Positions 11,344 to 22,377 of a stretch of DNA of 64,000 nucleotides are shown here, piece after piece. The number at the start of each line of letters is the position of its first letter. Position 1 is the stretch's first letter. Origin of the DNA: Epithemia pelagica (taxonomy: Eukaryota > Protista > Bacillariophyta); the NCBI GenBank assembly GCA_946965045.2, contig OX337228.1, positions 3,968,001 through 4,032,000 on the forward strand. Direction: 5' to 3'. The notes beneath the pieces are model-generated. The model saw only the letters and a program-made list of their open reading frames with translations. It was not told the origin of the DNA and ran no database searches. The translations under genes and the position numbers were made by a program.

Positions 11344-12783
11344 CTATTGCTTAGCAAGGGGAAAGCTTTCCAGAAATGCTTGAAGCTTGTCCATGGCCAG
11401 ATCCAGTTCTTCCATACTCGTGGCGTACGAAATCCGTACCGTTCCAGGAGCCCCAAAACTCGATCCAGGCACCAGTGCCAATCGTTCCTGTTGCAACAAG
11501 TCTCCACAGAATTGGACATCGTCGGTACCACAATAGGCCGACAAATCAGGCAGCACATAAAATGCTCCTTGTGGTGGCACATGAACTGTGACATGCGGCA
11601 TGGTGGCCAAACGGCTCAAGCAATGATTGCGCTTCCCTTTCAATTCCTTTACTTTGGACGCAAGCCACGTCTCGGGCACTTGTGTCAAGGCTGCCACACC
11701 AGCGGCTTGGGCCAAACTACTCGCACATGATGTGAATTGCGATTGTAAGGTGGTACACGCTCGAGCCAATTTGGGAGGCGCCGCCAAGTATCCCAAACGA
11801 AATCCAGTCATGGCAAACGATTTGGAAAAGCCATTCACAGTTAACGTCCGTTCCCACATCCCTGGCAAACCGGCCATGGAGGGACATCTCGTGGCTGCAA
11901 ACGTCGAAGGACTTGCTCCGTTCAACGACTCGGCTTCTTCTTCGTCGTCGTCACTGTAGACGAGTTGGTCGTAAATTTCATCGGCCAAGACGTAAACATC
12001 GGGAAAGTCTTTCAAGACCTCACACAGTCCTTCGAGTGCCTCTTTGGAGAAGACTCCACCTGTCGGATTCGAAGGATTACACAAAATGAGTAATTTCACA
12101 TTGTCGGCATGTTTCTCCAATGCAGCTCGTAATTGATCGGGGGAAAGCAAATAGCCTGATTCGGCAGTCGTCTCGACAATAACGGGAGTCGCGCCCGCCA
12201 ATTGGACCATTTCCGGGTAAGACGGCCAATAGGGTGCTGGAATCAATACGACATCCCCCACACCAGCAACTGCCAAGACGCCTTGATAGACGGCTTGTTT
12301 GGCGCCATTGGCCACCACAATATCGGTGGTCGCATTGTATCGAATACCCTTACGGCTTTCCAAATCCTTGGCAATCGCCTCTCGCAAGGCCACTGTACCA
12401 GAGACCGCAGTATATCGGGTATCGCCCGCACGCACCGCCTCGATCGTGGCATCCACCACTTGCTCGGGTGGTCGAAAATCCGGTTCGCCGACACACAAAC
12501 CACCCGTCACGTCAATTCCCTGAGCACGCATTTCCTTGACCCGAGAAAAGAGTTCGACCGTTTGACTGGGTTGAATTAAGGACAAGAGTGGATTGAGGGA
12601 AGGAGCATCGGTTGTTGTTGGATGGGAAGTTGGATCCTCCACAGCATGTAAGGCAGAGCGTTTTCTGTGTCGCAGGGTCGACCTCTGCAAGAACGGATTA
12701 CGACCAACTCTAAGGAGCTGAAATCCCCATGATGATTGGACTGAAAGAAGGATCCAGAGAGGACCGAGCCAAAGATGATTCAT
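11344..12783 (-). CDS. Class I PLP-dependent aspartate/prephenate aminotransferase, plastid-targeted
   Basis: LCVGEPDF, NGAKQAVY, APYWPSY, LCNPSNPTG, DEIY, NGFSKSFAMTGFRLGY and PQGAFY motifs. Bipartite presequence MNHLWLGPLWILLSVQSSWG-F. Confidence 0.88.
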   Translation of the reverse strand: MNHLWLGPLWILLSVQSSWGFQLLRVGRNPFLQRSTLRHRKRSALHAVEDPTSHPTTTDAPSLNPLLSLIQPSQTVELFSRVKEMRAQGIDVTGGLCVGEPDFRPPEQVVDATIEAVRAGDTRYTAVSGTVALREAIAKDLESRKGIRYNATTDIVVANGAKQAVYQGVLAVAGVGDVVLIPAPYWPSYPEMVQLAGATPVIVETTAESGYLLSPDQLRAALEKHADNVKLLILCNPSNPTGGVFSKEALEGLCEVLKDFPDVYVLADEIYDQLVYSDDDEEEAESLNGASPSTFAATRCPSMAGLPGMWERTLTVNGFSKSFAMTGFRLGYLAAPPKLARACTTLQSQFTSCASSLAQAAGVAALTQVPETWLASKVKELKGKRNHCLSRLATMPHVTVHVPPQGAFYVLPDLSAYCGTDDVQFCGDLLQQERLALVPGSSFGAPGTVRISYATSMEELDLAMDKLQAFLESFPLAKQ

Positions 12784-13511
12784 GTTGTTCTAGGTAGGTC
12801 GTTCGTTGCGGTTGTGTGTTTGCCGTGTGTTTGCTGTGTGTTTTGATTCTGTGCTTTCACAGGTTTGGATTTGGAACATTTGGATCTTCACCACCAACAT
12901 CAAAGGGTGGGAATTGGACGCAGAGTGATGAAGGGTCATTCAAATTCAACAGGATCGATGTCGGCAGAATCAGCACGTTTGGTAGGGCGACCCATCGTGG
13001 ATGGAGTGCGATCGGATCGAATCGGTCTGATTTGTACACTACATAGCAAGGCGGAAGTCCCAAGCACGACATCCCAAAAATATCAATAAATAATTTCTAA
13101 TTATTTTCAATTCTTGGTATGAGCAGTGTGAGTGTCCGTTGTCCGTTGATCTCTCGAGTTTCGAGTAGACTCACACTAATATCCGTAGCAAACAACAAGG
13201 GTACAAGTACAATAAATAATAATAGATGATCGTGCGCGCGTCAAGCACGTGGAGACTAGCCATTGCCCAATGACAAGAAGAAGGACATGCCGAGCGTAGA
13301 GCCAGCCGGCATACTTTGGCGAGCTGCGACCCACGAAACTATGCGCTCTAAAGAAAATAAGTGGAGATAGAGGCAAACGCCATTCAAGTCAAGAGTACAC
13401 CAAGCCAAACAAGCAAGCAAACGAAGGCGCAAGTGTTTTTCGGTCTGCTTCCTGCCTTCTTGGCCCTTTGTTGTTCTCCTCCACCTCCTCCCTTCCTTGT
13501 TTGGATTGGCC

Positions 13512-13555
13512 GGTTGGTTGGTTGGTTGGTTGGTTGGTTGGTTGGTTGGTTGGTT
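13512..13555 (+). repeat. (GGTT)n microsatellite, about 11 units
   Basis: Direct reading of ggttggttggtt... about 75 nt upstream of the probable transporter ATG. Confidence 0.95.
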
Positions 13556-13628
13556 GTTGCAACAATATACAGGGCCACATACTCGTTACTGGCTAGTGGC
13601 CTCAGTGGAATTCCGAGTCATCAGCGAA

Positions 13629-16223
13629 ATGGGCCCTTCTGGTACGAACCAGAACCATGGAGCAACTTCTCGCAATGCTTTGCTTTCGGGAGAAACAGAA
13701 TTGGTAGGCGATCTGAATGCAGGAAATCGTCGGTCCAGTTCTATGAATATGTTTCCTTTGGAAACCTCATCGGCGGTCCAATTCTCGGATCATAGTTTTT
13801 CGGATGGCCAAAGTGATGCCGAAGAAGGGGACGAAAATTGCCTTCGCTGGTACTGGAAAGATTGTGTTTGGCCAGGGCTCGGTTTGTTTGGAGAATCATA
13901 TCTCTTATTTAGCATTGGCACCATGCAGCCCATATGGGAAATGCTGTTTGAAGAATGTTTTTATGAAGATTGCGCACCATCTTTGCTGTCCGCCTTGCAC
14001 TATTCCGTTGTCTTGGGTGTCATTTCTGGTATGCTTGCCATTGGGTATGCTAGCAAATTTACCGGACGAAGGACTGGATCACTCATTACGGCATGTTTGA
14101 TGGCTAGTGGCGCCGCAGGTTTGACCATGACATCGCTCTTTTTGACTGAAAATCAAGAAACCTTGGTTCGCAGCATGGTCTTTTTCTGGTTTCTCTTTGG
14201 TGTAGGAGTCGGGGGAGAATATCCCATGGCGGCCTCGCAAGCATCCGAAAATGCTGCAGCCTTGTCCAACGAGCGTTCGTCGACTCCACAACAATCACCA
14301 GCGCAACAACAACAATCACAACCACAGTCCTCTTCTCAACATAACAATGGAGGACCCGACAATAATTCACATGTATCCATGAAAGGACGAGACGGAGTCA
14401 TGGTAATGGATGGTGACATTCGAGACTCTGCAGCGAGCGGATCCACTGTTGCTCCCTCGCATCGTGGGAGGCAAGTGCAACTCGTCTTTTCCATGCAAGG
14501 ATTGGGAATCCTACTGAACTCTGTGACAATGACTGCCCTGTTGCTTATTGCAACAAACTATGTAGATCGCCTGGAAGATGAGAATACCTATCTGGAAGAT
14601 CAAAATGAAGCACGGGCCGCCGAAAATGACGATGATGCAAATGCCATGGACGATCGCTATGCCTATGGCAAATATCAGTTAAACGATATTTCTTCGGCAA
14701 CGGCATCGTCCTTGCTGACCATTTGGAGAGTCACATATGCTTTTGGAACGCTTGTCTTGGGCTATGTGTGGTACAGTCGTTACTACTATTTGAAAGAATC
14801 GAAAATATGGCTCAAACTCCAAAAACAAGAACAACAGCATCAACACGGATCCTTGTCCGATACACCCCCTCCGCGTACGGTTGGTCCCGATTTACCACAA
14901 CCCTCTCAAATAGTCTATGCCACCACCACCACCACAACAAAACATGCATCGCAAAACGATACGGATTGGAATACCAGTGCCTTGGATTTGCCTTCGACAG
15001 GCACTCCACAAGGCCAAGAAATGCCCTTGTCTCGATACCAAGGCGGGGCCACCAGTATAAGTACGGCGGCGAACCAACAACAAAGTAGTCCTCTCACTGC
15101 CACCAACACAACACCTGCCACGTCTCGTGCCGTTGTACAACCTGGTTCCTCCCCTCACACCACCAGGGACTCGCATAATCCAACCCCACAAGAACTTCAG
15201 GCCCTTTCCATTGTCCCGACTCTCTCGGTTGTGTCAAGTGTTTCTTCCTTGTCGGCTCCATCTGTACTGGCACAACATTCCAGTAGCGACGATGAAAACC
15301 TTTATTATCATTTCATGCCTGATTCAGGAGAGGCTGCTTGTGGGCCGGGCGATAAATGGTTGCTGCTCTATCGTCTTTATGGTATGCGACTCTTTGGAGT
15401 ATCGGCCAGCTGGTTGCTCTGGGATATAGCCTTTTACGGCAACAAACTTTTTCAATCTACATTCTTGTTGGCCATGCTTGGAAATTCGGCTGTTAACAAC
15501 AACAACAACCAGAACGATGACGGTGGAGGTAATGATGACGGCAACAAGAACAATTTTGACGAAGACGCATCACTGCATTCCCTACTTGACTTTTCTCTTT
15601 GTGCCATGTTGAATGCATCCGTAGCCTTTCTCGGTTATATCGTCGCAGCTTTCTTGGTGGACGTACCGACTATTGGACGAAGAAGATTACAACAGTGGGG
15701 ACTTATTGCGACGGGCATTTTGTTTGTTTGTTGTGGTTTCTTGATTGACCGTCTCTCATCGAATTGGTTGGTGATTTTGTTGTATTTTGGCACATCCTTT
15801 TTTGGTCAAGTCGGTCCCAACTGTACCACCTTTCTTATCCCTGCCGAGATTTTCCCCACTGAAGTACGGACTCTTTGTCATGGTATTGCCGCCGCCAGTG
15901 GGAAACTCGGTGCCTTGTGTGCCGCTATAATGTTCAATTATACCCAATCGGATTTGGATATGTTCTTGTTGTCCGGCTACGCCTCATTGGTAGCCGGCGC
16001 TGTTACCTTTTGGACGATACCGGAATCGTTGGGATTGCCCTTGGAAGAATTGGATAAGAAATGGAAACAAATGAAAGAAAACAAGCCCTACCATGGTCCA
16101 GCCAATCTGGCCAAATTCTTGTCGTTCTACGAGCGAAATCACCAAAGAGCCTCCCAAACGGGAGATCCCGTAACCACGACCACCGCCACTACCGATTACC
16201 GACCGGAAGTGGATGTGTATTGA
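13629..16223 (+). CDS. MFS inorganic phosphate (PHO84/PHT1/GIT1-like) transporter with long low-complexity insertions
   Basis: GLGLFGESYLLFSIG, GVGVGGEYPMAAS, HRGRQVQLVFSMQGLG, WLLWDIAFYGN, FFGQVGPNCTTFLIPAEIFPTEVR and HGIAAASGKLGA motifs. ATG at 13629 (MGPSG) chosen as the first Met codon downstream of the repeat. Confidence 0.85.
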   Translation: MGPSGTNQNHGATSRNALLSGETELVGDLNAGNRRSSSMNMFPLETSSAVQFSDHSFSDGQSDAEEGDENCLRWYWKDCVWPGLGLFGESYLLFSIGTMQPIWEMLFEECFYEDCAPSLLSALHYSVVLGVISGMLAIGYASKFTGRRTGSLITACLMASGAAGLTMTSLFLTENQETLVRSMVFFWFLFGVGVGGEYPMAASQASENAAALSNERSSTPQQSPAQQQQSQPQSSSQHNNGGPDNNSHVSMKGRDGVMVMDGDIRDSAASGSTVAPSHRGRQVQLVFSMQGLGILLNSVTMTALLLIATNYVDRLEDENTYLEDQNEARAAENDDDANAMDDRYAYGKYQLNDISSATASSLLTIWRVTYAFGTLVLGYVWYSRYYYLKESKIWLKLQKQEQQHQHGSLSDTPPPRTVGPDLPQPSQIVYATTTTTTKHASQNDTDWNTSALDLPSTGTPQGQEMPLSRYQGGATSISTAANQQQSSPLTATNTTPATSRAVVQPGSSPHTTRDSHNPTPQELQALSIVPTLSVVSSVSSLSAPSVLAQHSSSDDENLYYHFMPDSGEAACGPGDKWLLLYRLYGMRLFGVSASWLLWDIAFYGNKLFQSTFLLAMLGNSAVNNNNNQNDDGGGNDDGNKNNFDEDASLHSLLDFSLCAMLNASVAFLGYIVAAFLVDVPTIGRRRLQQWGLIATGILFVCCGFLIDRLSSNWLVILLYFGTSFFGQVGPNCTTFLIPAEIFPTEVRTLCHGIAAASGKLGALCAAIMFNYTQSDLDMFLLSGYASLVAGAVTFWTIPESLGLPLEELDKKWKQMKENKPYHGPANLAKFLSFYERNHQRASQTGDPVTTTTATTDYRPEVDVY

Positions 16224-16533
16224 AAATTGAGAAAGAAGACCACCAGACTGACACCGACGAACACCACAGTCCCCTCGTTGGGTTCAATATCCCCCAGCTC
16301 TCACGTAGCAACACCTCCCTGTTCTCTTTACAACCATGGCCCTTGGAGTTTCTTGTGGCATTGTACAACAGGATGTATAATATAATGTTGGTCTCTAATA
16401 ATGAGAACAAGGAGGAGAAGGGATCCGCATCCAGTTTCGAATGTAAACTATAGAGTAAGGCTACTCGCTAGCCTTGGCTTGTTATTCTAGGATGAATAGT
16501 GAAGAGTATACAACAGATGGACAATTACCGGGT

Positions 16534-18060
16534 CTAGTTCAAGAACTGTCCAATGCCACTGATGGAAAGACAGCCGGAAAGGAGCAGAGTGACAGGTACA
16601 ACGGCGAGACCATAGAGAATGGTCAAGGTTTGGGCCATGGCAGATGCCGCTTGAGTGAATCCCACCAGTTGAAGCATAACGACCGAATTTTGAGCGGGAG
16701 GCATGCAGCCCTCCATGAGAATTACAAAGGATAAAATGGCCCGAGCGGGTGTTCCAGCACCGCCCAACAAGTTCAATTGATTCAATCCCCATACAAAGGC
16801 CAAGGACCAACAGGGTGCCAAAATAAATCGTGCCAAAGCAATGGTTCCTAGAGGTCCCAGGTTGTTGGCGGAACTTTTGCCTTGTTCGTCTCCTTCTTGG
16901 TGTGAAGAGGACGTTTTTGGGGAGGCAACACTGCCCGCCAAGACCAGAAGAGCTGCTGGTAGATAGGCTGTGCCAATGGTTTGGATAGCACTGAACAATG
17001 GATTGGCCCATCCTGACAAAAACAAGTTGCGAATGGGTGTAGTGATCCCAATCACCATACCCAGCAGCATGCCCACAACGGGTGGCGAAAGCAGTTGTTG
17101 TATTTGTCGCCGTAGGCGGCCCAAGGGACCCTGTCCAATCAAGTTTGACGTCGATTCGGTTGTTCCCAACATCATTCGACCAAAGGACCAAAACAAGGGC
17201 GACCAGGCCAGGAGGTAAAAGGAAATGCATGCCACTACTTGCGACTGAATGGCTGGAGCCTTGGATGCAAACAAGGCATCGGCAAAAATCAATGGAAGAG
17301 GACCGGAATTGGCATAAGTTGTGCACATGCGTACAATCTTGCTGGATTGTCCTTGAGGATCATTACTGTTCTTTGTTGTGTCGGTTGAGTCCTCCGTTTT
17401 GTTTTGTTTTTTCGAAGCGGGTGACAAAATACTTCCCACGGACGCTCCCATACCGATTTGGAACATGGCCGCCAAGGGCATGATTGCCAACTGAGAGGCT
17501 GACAAGAAGGAGGCCGTACCCGCAGCTCCAGAAGCGGTCGAAGAGGAGGATGCCGCCGCCAGGGCAAAGGTTTTGGTGACGGAACTCAGTAAAAAGGCTG
17601 GTTGAAAGATCCAATAGGTCAACCGACTAAGGGAGGAAATTGCGACGGAATCCAAAACGGGTGCACTGGTACCCGTTTTGTTGTTTCGGATTTTCTTTCT
17701 GGACGCCCAAACACCCAATCCAATTGAACACAAGAGCTTGATAGTTGCCGACAAGGAGGCAATAGCCACAGTCGAATCCAAAAGAAGCATCCCTGAAGAG
17801 GAGGATGCGACGCTGAACAAGCTCATTTGATTCTTTTCGCTCATAGCTCTATGATGATTCCAGTGGTTCCATCGTGATTGCCGTTTTGACTGATGTTGCG
17901 AAGGGTGAACTGTGCGACAAGGATGTGGGCTGCCACAGGAAGTTGCTGCCATGGTCGGAAGCATTCCTACGGGTGGCAAGTGGAATGCGCTGGGTGTTCT
18001 CACAGTCGAACATGCCAGAATGAACCATAGTGCTGTCACAAGAAGGAGAGAACGACCCAT
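16534..18060 (-). CDS. AEC/PILS-like (auxin efflux carrier family) membrane transporter, probable plastid presequence
   Basis: YANSGPLPLIF and MEGCMPPAQNSVVML motifs plus about 10 hydrophobic segments. From ATG 18060: MGRSLLLVTALWFILACSTVRTPSA-F. An upstream in-frame ATG at 18150 is an alternative start. Confidence 0.78.
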   Translation of the reverse strand: MGRSLLLVTALWFILACSTVRTPSAFHLPPVGMLPTMAATSCGSPHPCRTVHPSQHQSKRQSRWNHWNHHRAMSEKNQMSLFSVASSSSGMLLLDSTVAIASLSATIKLLCSIGLGVWASRKKIRNNKTGTSAPVLDSVAISSLSRLTYWIFQPAFLLSSVTKTFALAAASSSSTASGAAGTASFLSASQLAIMPLAAMFQIGMGASVGSILSPASKKQNKTEDSTDTTKNSNDPQGQSSKIVRMCTTYANSGPLPLIFADALFASKAPAIQSQVVACISFYLLAWSPLFWSFGRMMLGTTESTSNLIGQGPLGRLRRQIQQLLSPPVVGMLLGMVIGITTPIRNLFLSGWANPLFSAIQTIGTAYLPAALLVLAGSVASPKTSSSHQEGDEQGKSSANNLGPLGTIALARFILAPCWSLAFVWGLNQLNLLGGAGTPARAILSFVILMEGCMPPAQNSVVMLQLVGFTQAASAMAQTLTILYGLAVVPVTLLLSGCLSISGIGQFLN

Positions 18061-18561
18061 CGTGCGGTGGTTGAAGGAAAATGAATACGGAAGTGGATGC
18101 ATCATGGTCAGGACTCTAAAACGCCGATGAATGTGATGGGAGGACGACATCTTGGCACATCATTGAGTCTGTCCGTCGGCCAATGAGTAGTTCTTGAGTC
18201 GCTGATGGACATGATGGAGCAGAAGCCCAAGAAACTATGGGCGACTGGTAGGGGGAATCATTATGGGGGAGAGCATAAATTTTTACTATCGGTGCTATGA
18301 CCCATTGCTAAGAATGACTTGATGATTGGACCCAACAAACTCAACAAGACACTCATCACCTTGCAAGGATCGTTCACAAAGTCCTTTCATACACGGCAGT
18401 CTTCACAAGTGTCTTGACTACCTTGTTCTCTTTGTAAAACTCCTCTTGACGGGACGGAATTGCCAACCTCATCATGGTACGTTCGAACTCGACTCGGATT
18501 GGTTTGTCACTAGGGTCTTGCTTCACACAGAAAGAATTCTTTGTTCTCTTCTTTCTCACCT

Positions 18562-20179
18562 ATGAACGGCAACGTTTCCCTTTTTGTACATGTTCTTGCT
18601 GGCATCCAACGTCAACAACTAAACCCATCAATCACCACCATAACCTCTCAAACCAACCATCAACTCTTCATCCACACTAACACAGCCGTGGAAGACCTTG
18701 TGTGGATTCCCTCCGACATCGGATACGGTTCGATTGTTGATCCCCAATGGTGCCTGGCGTCCCGATACAGTCATTACCGATACTGAAGGAAAGGAATACT
18801 TCGTCTTGCTCGAAATGGATTCGAGTATGCGGACGTATGAGGCAGTCTTTGCGGACTTGGATGGCCGTCGCTTGGTCTGTGTCAAGCGCCACATTCTCAA
18901 AGCCTTTTGGAAAGATGGCTACTACTTTTGTACCTACCGTCCCAACTACCGCGGTCAGAAGCCCTACGGCGAACGAGATTCGGAGGGCAAAAAGCTGTAT
19001 CCTCACTCCTATTTGGAGCTGATTCCACTCAAGGGCCGCTTCTTTTACAAATTTGTGGACCACGAACGGCAATTAACCCGTGCTCGGTTGACAGCAGATA
19101 ATCCCTGGCTGGGCTTTATGATGGGATGTTGTACCTGTTGTATGCGATGTGGCCGTTTTACGGCCAAATTCAAAAAGCGAGACAAATCCACTCAACTTTT
19201 TGTCGATCAATGGCGCAACACGGTCAAGGTCGCACCCAACAATGACCTCTTGGCGGCACTCTGCATGGCCTACGTGTTTGACAAATGCCAAAATCAACCC
19301 ATGGTGATAATGTATGGAGCGGACGAAGAAGATTATTCCAAAGTCGACAATGACTCGGTCGCCTCGGTCTCATCCGAAGAAGACTCTGAAGACGATGACG
19401 ACGATGATGATGATTCGGATGACGAAGAAGAAGCTCGCGATACCTTTGACGATCATCCTAACAGTAAACGTGGAGTGGAACTCGAAAATATGAGTCGCTA
19501 CAAGGATCAAGGCGATCCCAACCAGAAGGGCAAAGGTTCTGGACCCATGGTCTTTAGCAGTCCCAAAGACTTTGATGACGACGCCTCGTCGGCCGCCGAC
19601 TCTCACGCCCGTTCGGTCAAGTCGCAGTATACACAGAAATCTCATGTGACCCAGCAAAGTCACCGATCGCATGTCACGCAACAGTCGCATCGCACCCAGC
19701 AGTCCCAGCAATCTCATCACACGCAACAATCGCATCATACCCAGCAGTCTCAGCGATCCCAATTTACCAAACAATCGCACCTGACACATCCCTCTCAGCA
19801 GCAACAGTCTTTTCCACCCACTGGTCACCCTCATATGATGAGTTCAGGCGCATCGGTTGCCTCCTCGGCCAGTCACCAACAACAATTTCCTCCTGGTCAC
19901 CCTAGTATGATGAGTTCGGGCGCATCGGTTGCCTCGTCGGTGAGTCAACAGCAGTTCCCTGGTGGTCACCCTAGTATGATGAGTTCGGGTGCATCGGTTG
20001 CCTCGTCGGCGAGTCAACAACAATATCCAGGTGGTCACCCAGGCATGATGAGTTCGGGAGCATCCGTGGCGTCATCAGCCAGCCAACAACAATATCCAGG
20101 TGGTCACCCAGGCATGATGAGTTCAGGAGCATCCGTGGCGTCGTCGGCAAGTCAGCAAAATCCCTTTGCACCACACTAA
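18562..20179 (+). CDS. LURP-one/Tubby-C-like domain protein with acidic tract and C-terminal tandem repeats
   Basis: Proposed exon 1 18562-18585 (MNGNVSLF) and intron 18586-18685 (GTACAT...CTAACACAG), then the long ORF. The beta-rich N-terminal domain ends in VKVAPNNDLLAALCMAYVFDK, as in LOR/Tubby-C families. Confidence 0.62.
19823..20160 (+). repeat. Coding tandem repeat, 5 x 69-72 bp (GHPxMMSSGASVASSASQQQ[F/Y]PG)
   Basis: Units start at 19823, 19895, 19964, 20033 and 20102. Confidence 0.93.
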
Positions 20180-20520
20180 GACAAAAAACCGGCAAAATGA
20201 CAGCAAGTTTTGTATTCACAGAAAAAACTAGAGGGAACAACTATGATGATAATCAAGAAGTATTTCATGTATTTGTGGATTTCCATGCCAAGGGGGAAAG
20301 TAGATCGAACCACCTCCGCGTAAATCATGTTGTAGAGCGCACTTTTTGCACTCTGTTCTCTTCTCTACTCGTAGTCTAGTCATCACATGTCAACGGGCTA
20401 TTCCACTCAAAACAATTTGTTCGGCTTTGGACAAAAGGAGGGAACATCCAAATTATTCTCGTGTTTGGTGTGTAACACGCAACTACCGTCCACGACAACG
20501 CCATGTTGATGAGTCGCCGT

Positions 20521-22377
20521 TCAAAGATTGAGTTTAGCTTCGCCCAAGGGTTGTCGTCGATGTGTGGTCCGGGCATGAGTCGTAGCCTTTGATTTGGTCG
20601 CGTGATGACGATGATGACTATGCGAGTTGGTTGTCTTTTTCTGTTCCTTGTACAAATTCCAGTCCCGTTCTTGCTGGGTCATGGCTTGTTGGTAACTACC
20701 ATGATGATACACAAAGTCTTCGCCATGCCGTTCTCTCCAATCATGGAGCTTTTGCTCAATAATTTGAGTGAGTTTGGGCAAGTCGCGTTTGATGCGACGG
20801 GCCATTTTTTCTTCTTCCATTACTTGGCGTGCGACAGCAGCTGTTCGTTGTTTCAACCGATCAGGATCCTTTTGCAGTTCTTCATATTCCATGCGTTCCT
20901 TGACAATGGCTTCTCGACGTTCTATGAGTCGCAAGAGAGGTTTTCGTTCTTCCAATCGTTCATGAAGCTGCCCTAAATAGGCTTCATGTGTGTCCAACAA
21001 ATCATCATCAAAGGCTTGTTCCGTGTCCACATAAAAGGCAAGAAATTCTCTCCGATACGCCTCATCAGCATCAATTTGATCCCAGAGTTCCTGAATCTCC
21101 TCCCGAGCTTCCTGTACCAATTGTCCAATCATTTCGTTCTTCATGGACTCGAGCCGGTCCAACTCGGCCTCACCCTTTTGGATTGTATCAAGTCCAATTC
21201 CTCGAACACTTTCGGTAAAGGCAATTTGTTCCTCTTCGGATATCCTGAGTTTTTCCCATAGTTTGGAAATCTTGTGTCCCATTTCTTGAATAACGACTTT
21301 TCGTCTACTCTTTTCGGCGTTTAATTCCGACAGGCGCTTCATCATCTCTTCCATGGCATCGGCTCCAATTCCAACACAGGTCTCGGTGCGCTGTTTGGAT
21401 GCCATAATGAAGGAATCATCTTTGGACCGGACCAGAGATCCGGCAATCTGTCGATCCAGGGCACTAGAAGTTTTGGATTCGGTTTCGATTTTGAGTTCTC
21501 GCATGAGTTGTTGACAATCTCGAACCAATCGAACGACGGCAGCGGATCGTGATTGTACTTCTGCCTTGAGTTCCATTCGTTTGTTTTGGAACTCGACTTG
21601 CCGTTCTTTGGTCAAATTGGTATCAATGTCATTCCATTGCGGATCCATATCTTTGCCCAGAACTTCATGGGCCTCAAGCAAGAAATCCAAAGATTCCTGC
21701 AAGTCTTTGCGAGCTTGCGCTGCCTGAAGTCTCAAATCTTGCAAGGTTGTCTCCAACACGTCGAGTTGATCCGTTAATGTAAGTTCCGTGGTGGTGCTGG
21801 TAGCCGATGGAGGGACTTGTTGCTGCAAGGCTGTGCACAGCTTGTGAATTTCGTCTTTGGCCTCGTAAATGGTTTGTCGAAAGGTCTCGGCCACACCCTG
21901 TTCTTCCGCAACCTTGGTTTGACACAAGTCTTTGAATTGCACAATGAGTTGATTGAGTTGTGCCGCTCGTTCTTGGGGAGTATATCCCACTTCGTTCCAG
22001 ACCGTATCTAATTGATGACCTGTCAATGTGGCCAAGGAGGTTAACGTTTCGGAAATGGACCGAGAAGGAGATAAGAGGACGACATCACCACTTCGGTTCG
22101 GAGTCAAAATGGGTGTAAACGACGCATTGACGGCACTGGAATTATTCATGCGGGGACCGCCCGGTGTCTTGTTGTAGTTATTGTTGAAGGATCGAGGAGT
22201 CGTCGTCTTGAGCTCATCGGATTTGAGCTTTTGAATGGTTTGGGGAGTCTCAAATCGTACAATATTAATGGGAGATGGATTTTGTTGTTGTTGTTGTTGT
22301 TGCCGGGGTGGTTTGGTTGTAGAGGGTTCCATATCGGTGATCACAGAGGAGGACGGGTCGGCCTTTGGAGTCTTCAT
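20521..22377 (-). CDS. MAP65: MAP65/Ase1/PRC1 family microtubule-bundling protein
   Basis: Coiled-coil ORF with LDTVWNEVGY, ISKLWEKL, IERREAIVKERMEYEELQKDPDRL and EEEKMARRIKRDLPKL. First ATG at 22377. Confidence 0.88.
   Translation of the reverse strand: MKTPKADPSSSVITDMEPSTTKPPRQQQQQQQNPSPINIVRFETPQTIQKLKSDELKTTTPRSFNNNYNKTPGGPRMNNSSAVNASFTPILTPNRSGDVVLLSPSRSISETLTSLATLTGHQLDTVWNEVGYTPQERAAQLNQLIVQFKDLCQTKVAEEQGVAETFRQTIYEAKDEIHKLCTALQQQVPPSATSTTTELTLTDQLDVLETTLQDLRLQAAQARKDLQESLDFLLEAHEVLGKDMDPQWNDIDTNLTKERQVEFQNKRMELKAEVQSRSAAVVRLVRDCQQLMRELKIETESKTSSALDRQIAGSLVRSKDDSFIMASKQRTETCVGIGADAMEEMMKRLSELNAEKSRRKVVIQEMGHKISKLWEKLRISEEEQIAFTESVRGIGLDTIQKGEAELDRLESMKNEMIGQLVQEAREEIQELWDQIDADEAYRREFLAFYVDTEQAFDDDLLDTHEAYLGQLHERLEERKPLLRLIERREAIVKERMEYEELQKDPDRLKQRTAAVARQVMEEEKMARRIKRDLPKLTQIIEQKLHDWRERHGEDFVYHHGSYQQAMTQQERDWNLYKEQKKTTNSHSHHRHHATKSKATTHARTTHRRQPLGEAKLNL

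Noticed and set aside
19823-20160. Possible CRISPR array (also considered for 62082-62354)
   Set aside because: The units are contiguous, in frame and have no unique spacers; they are coding tandem repeats in a eukaryotic gene, and no cas genes are present.
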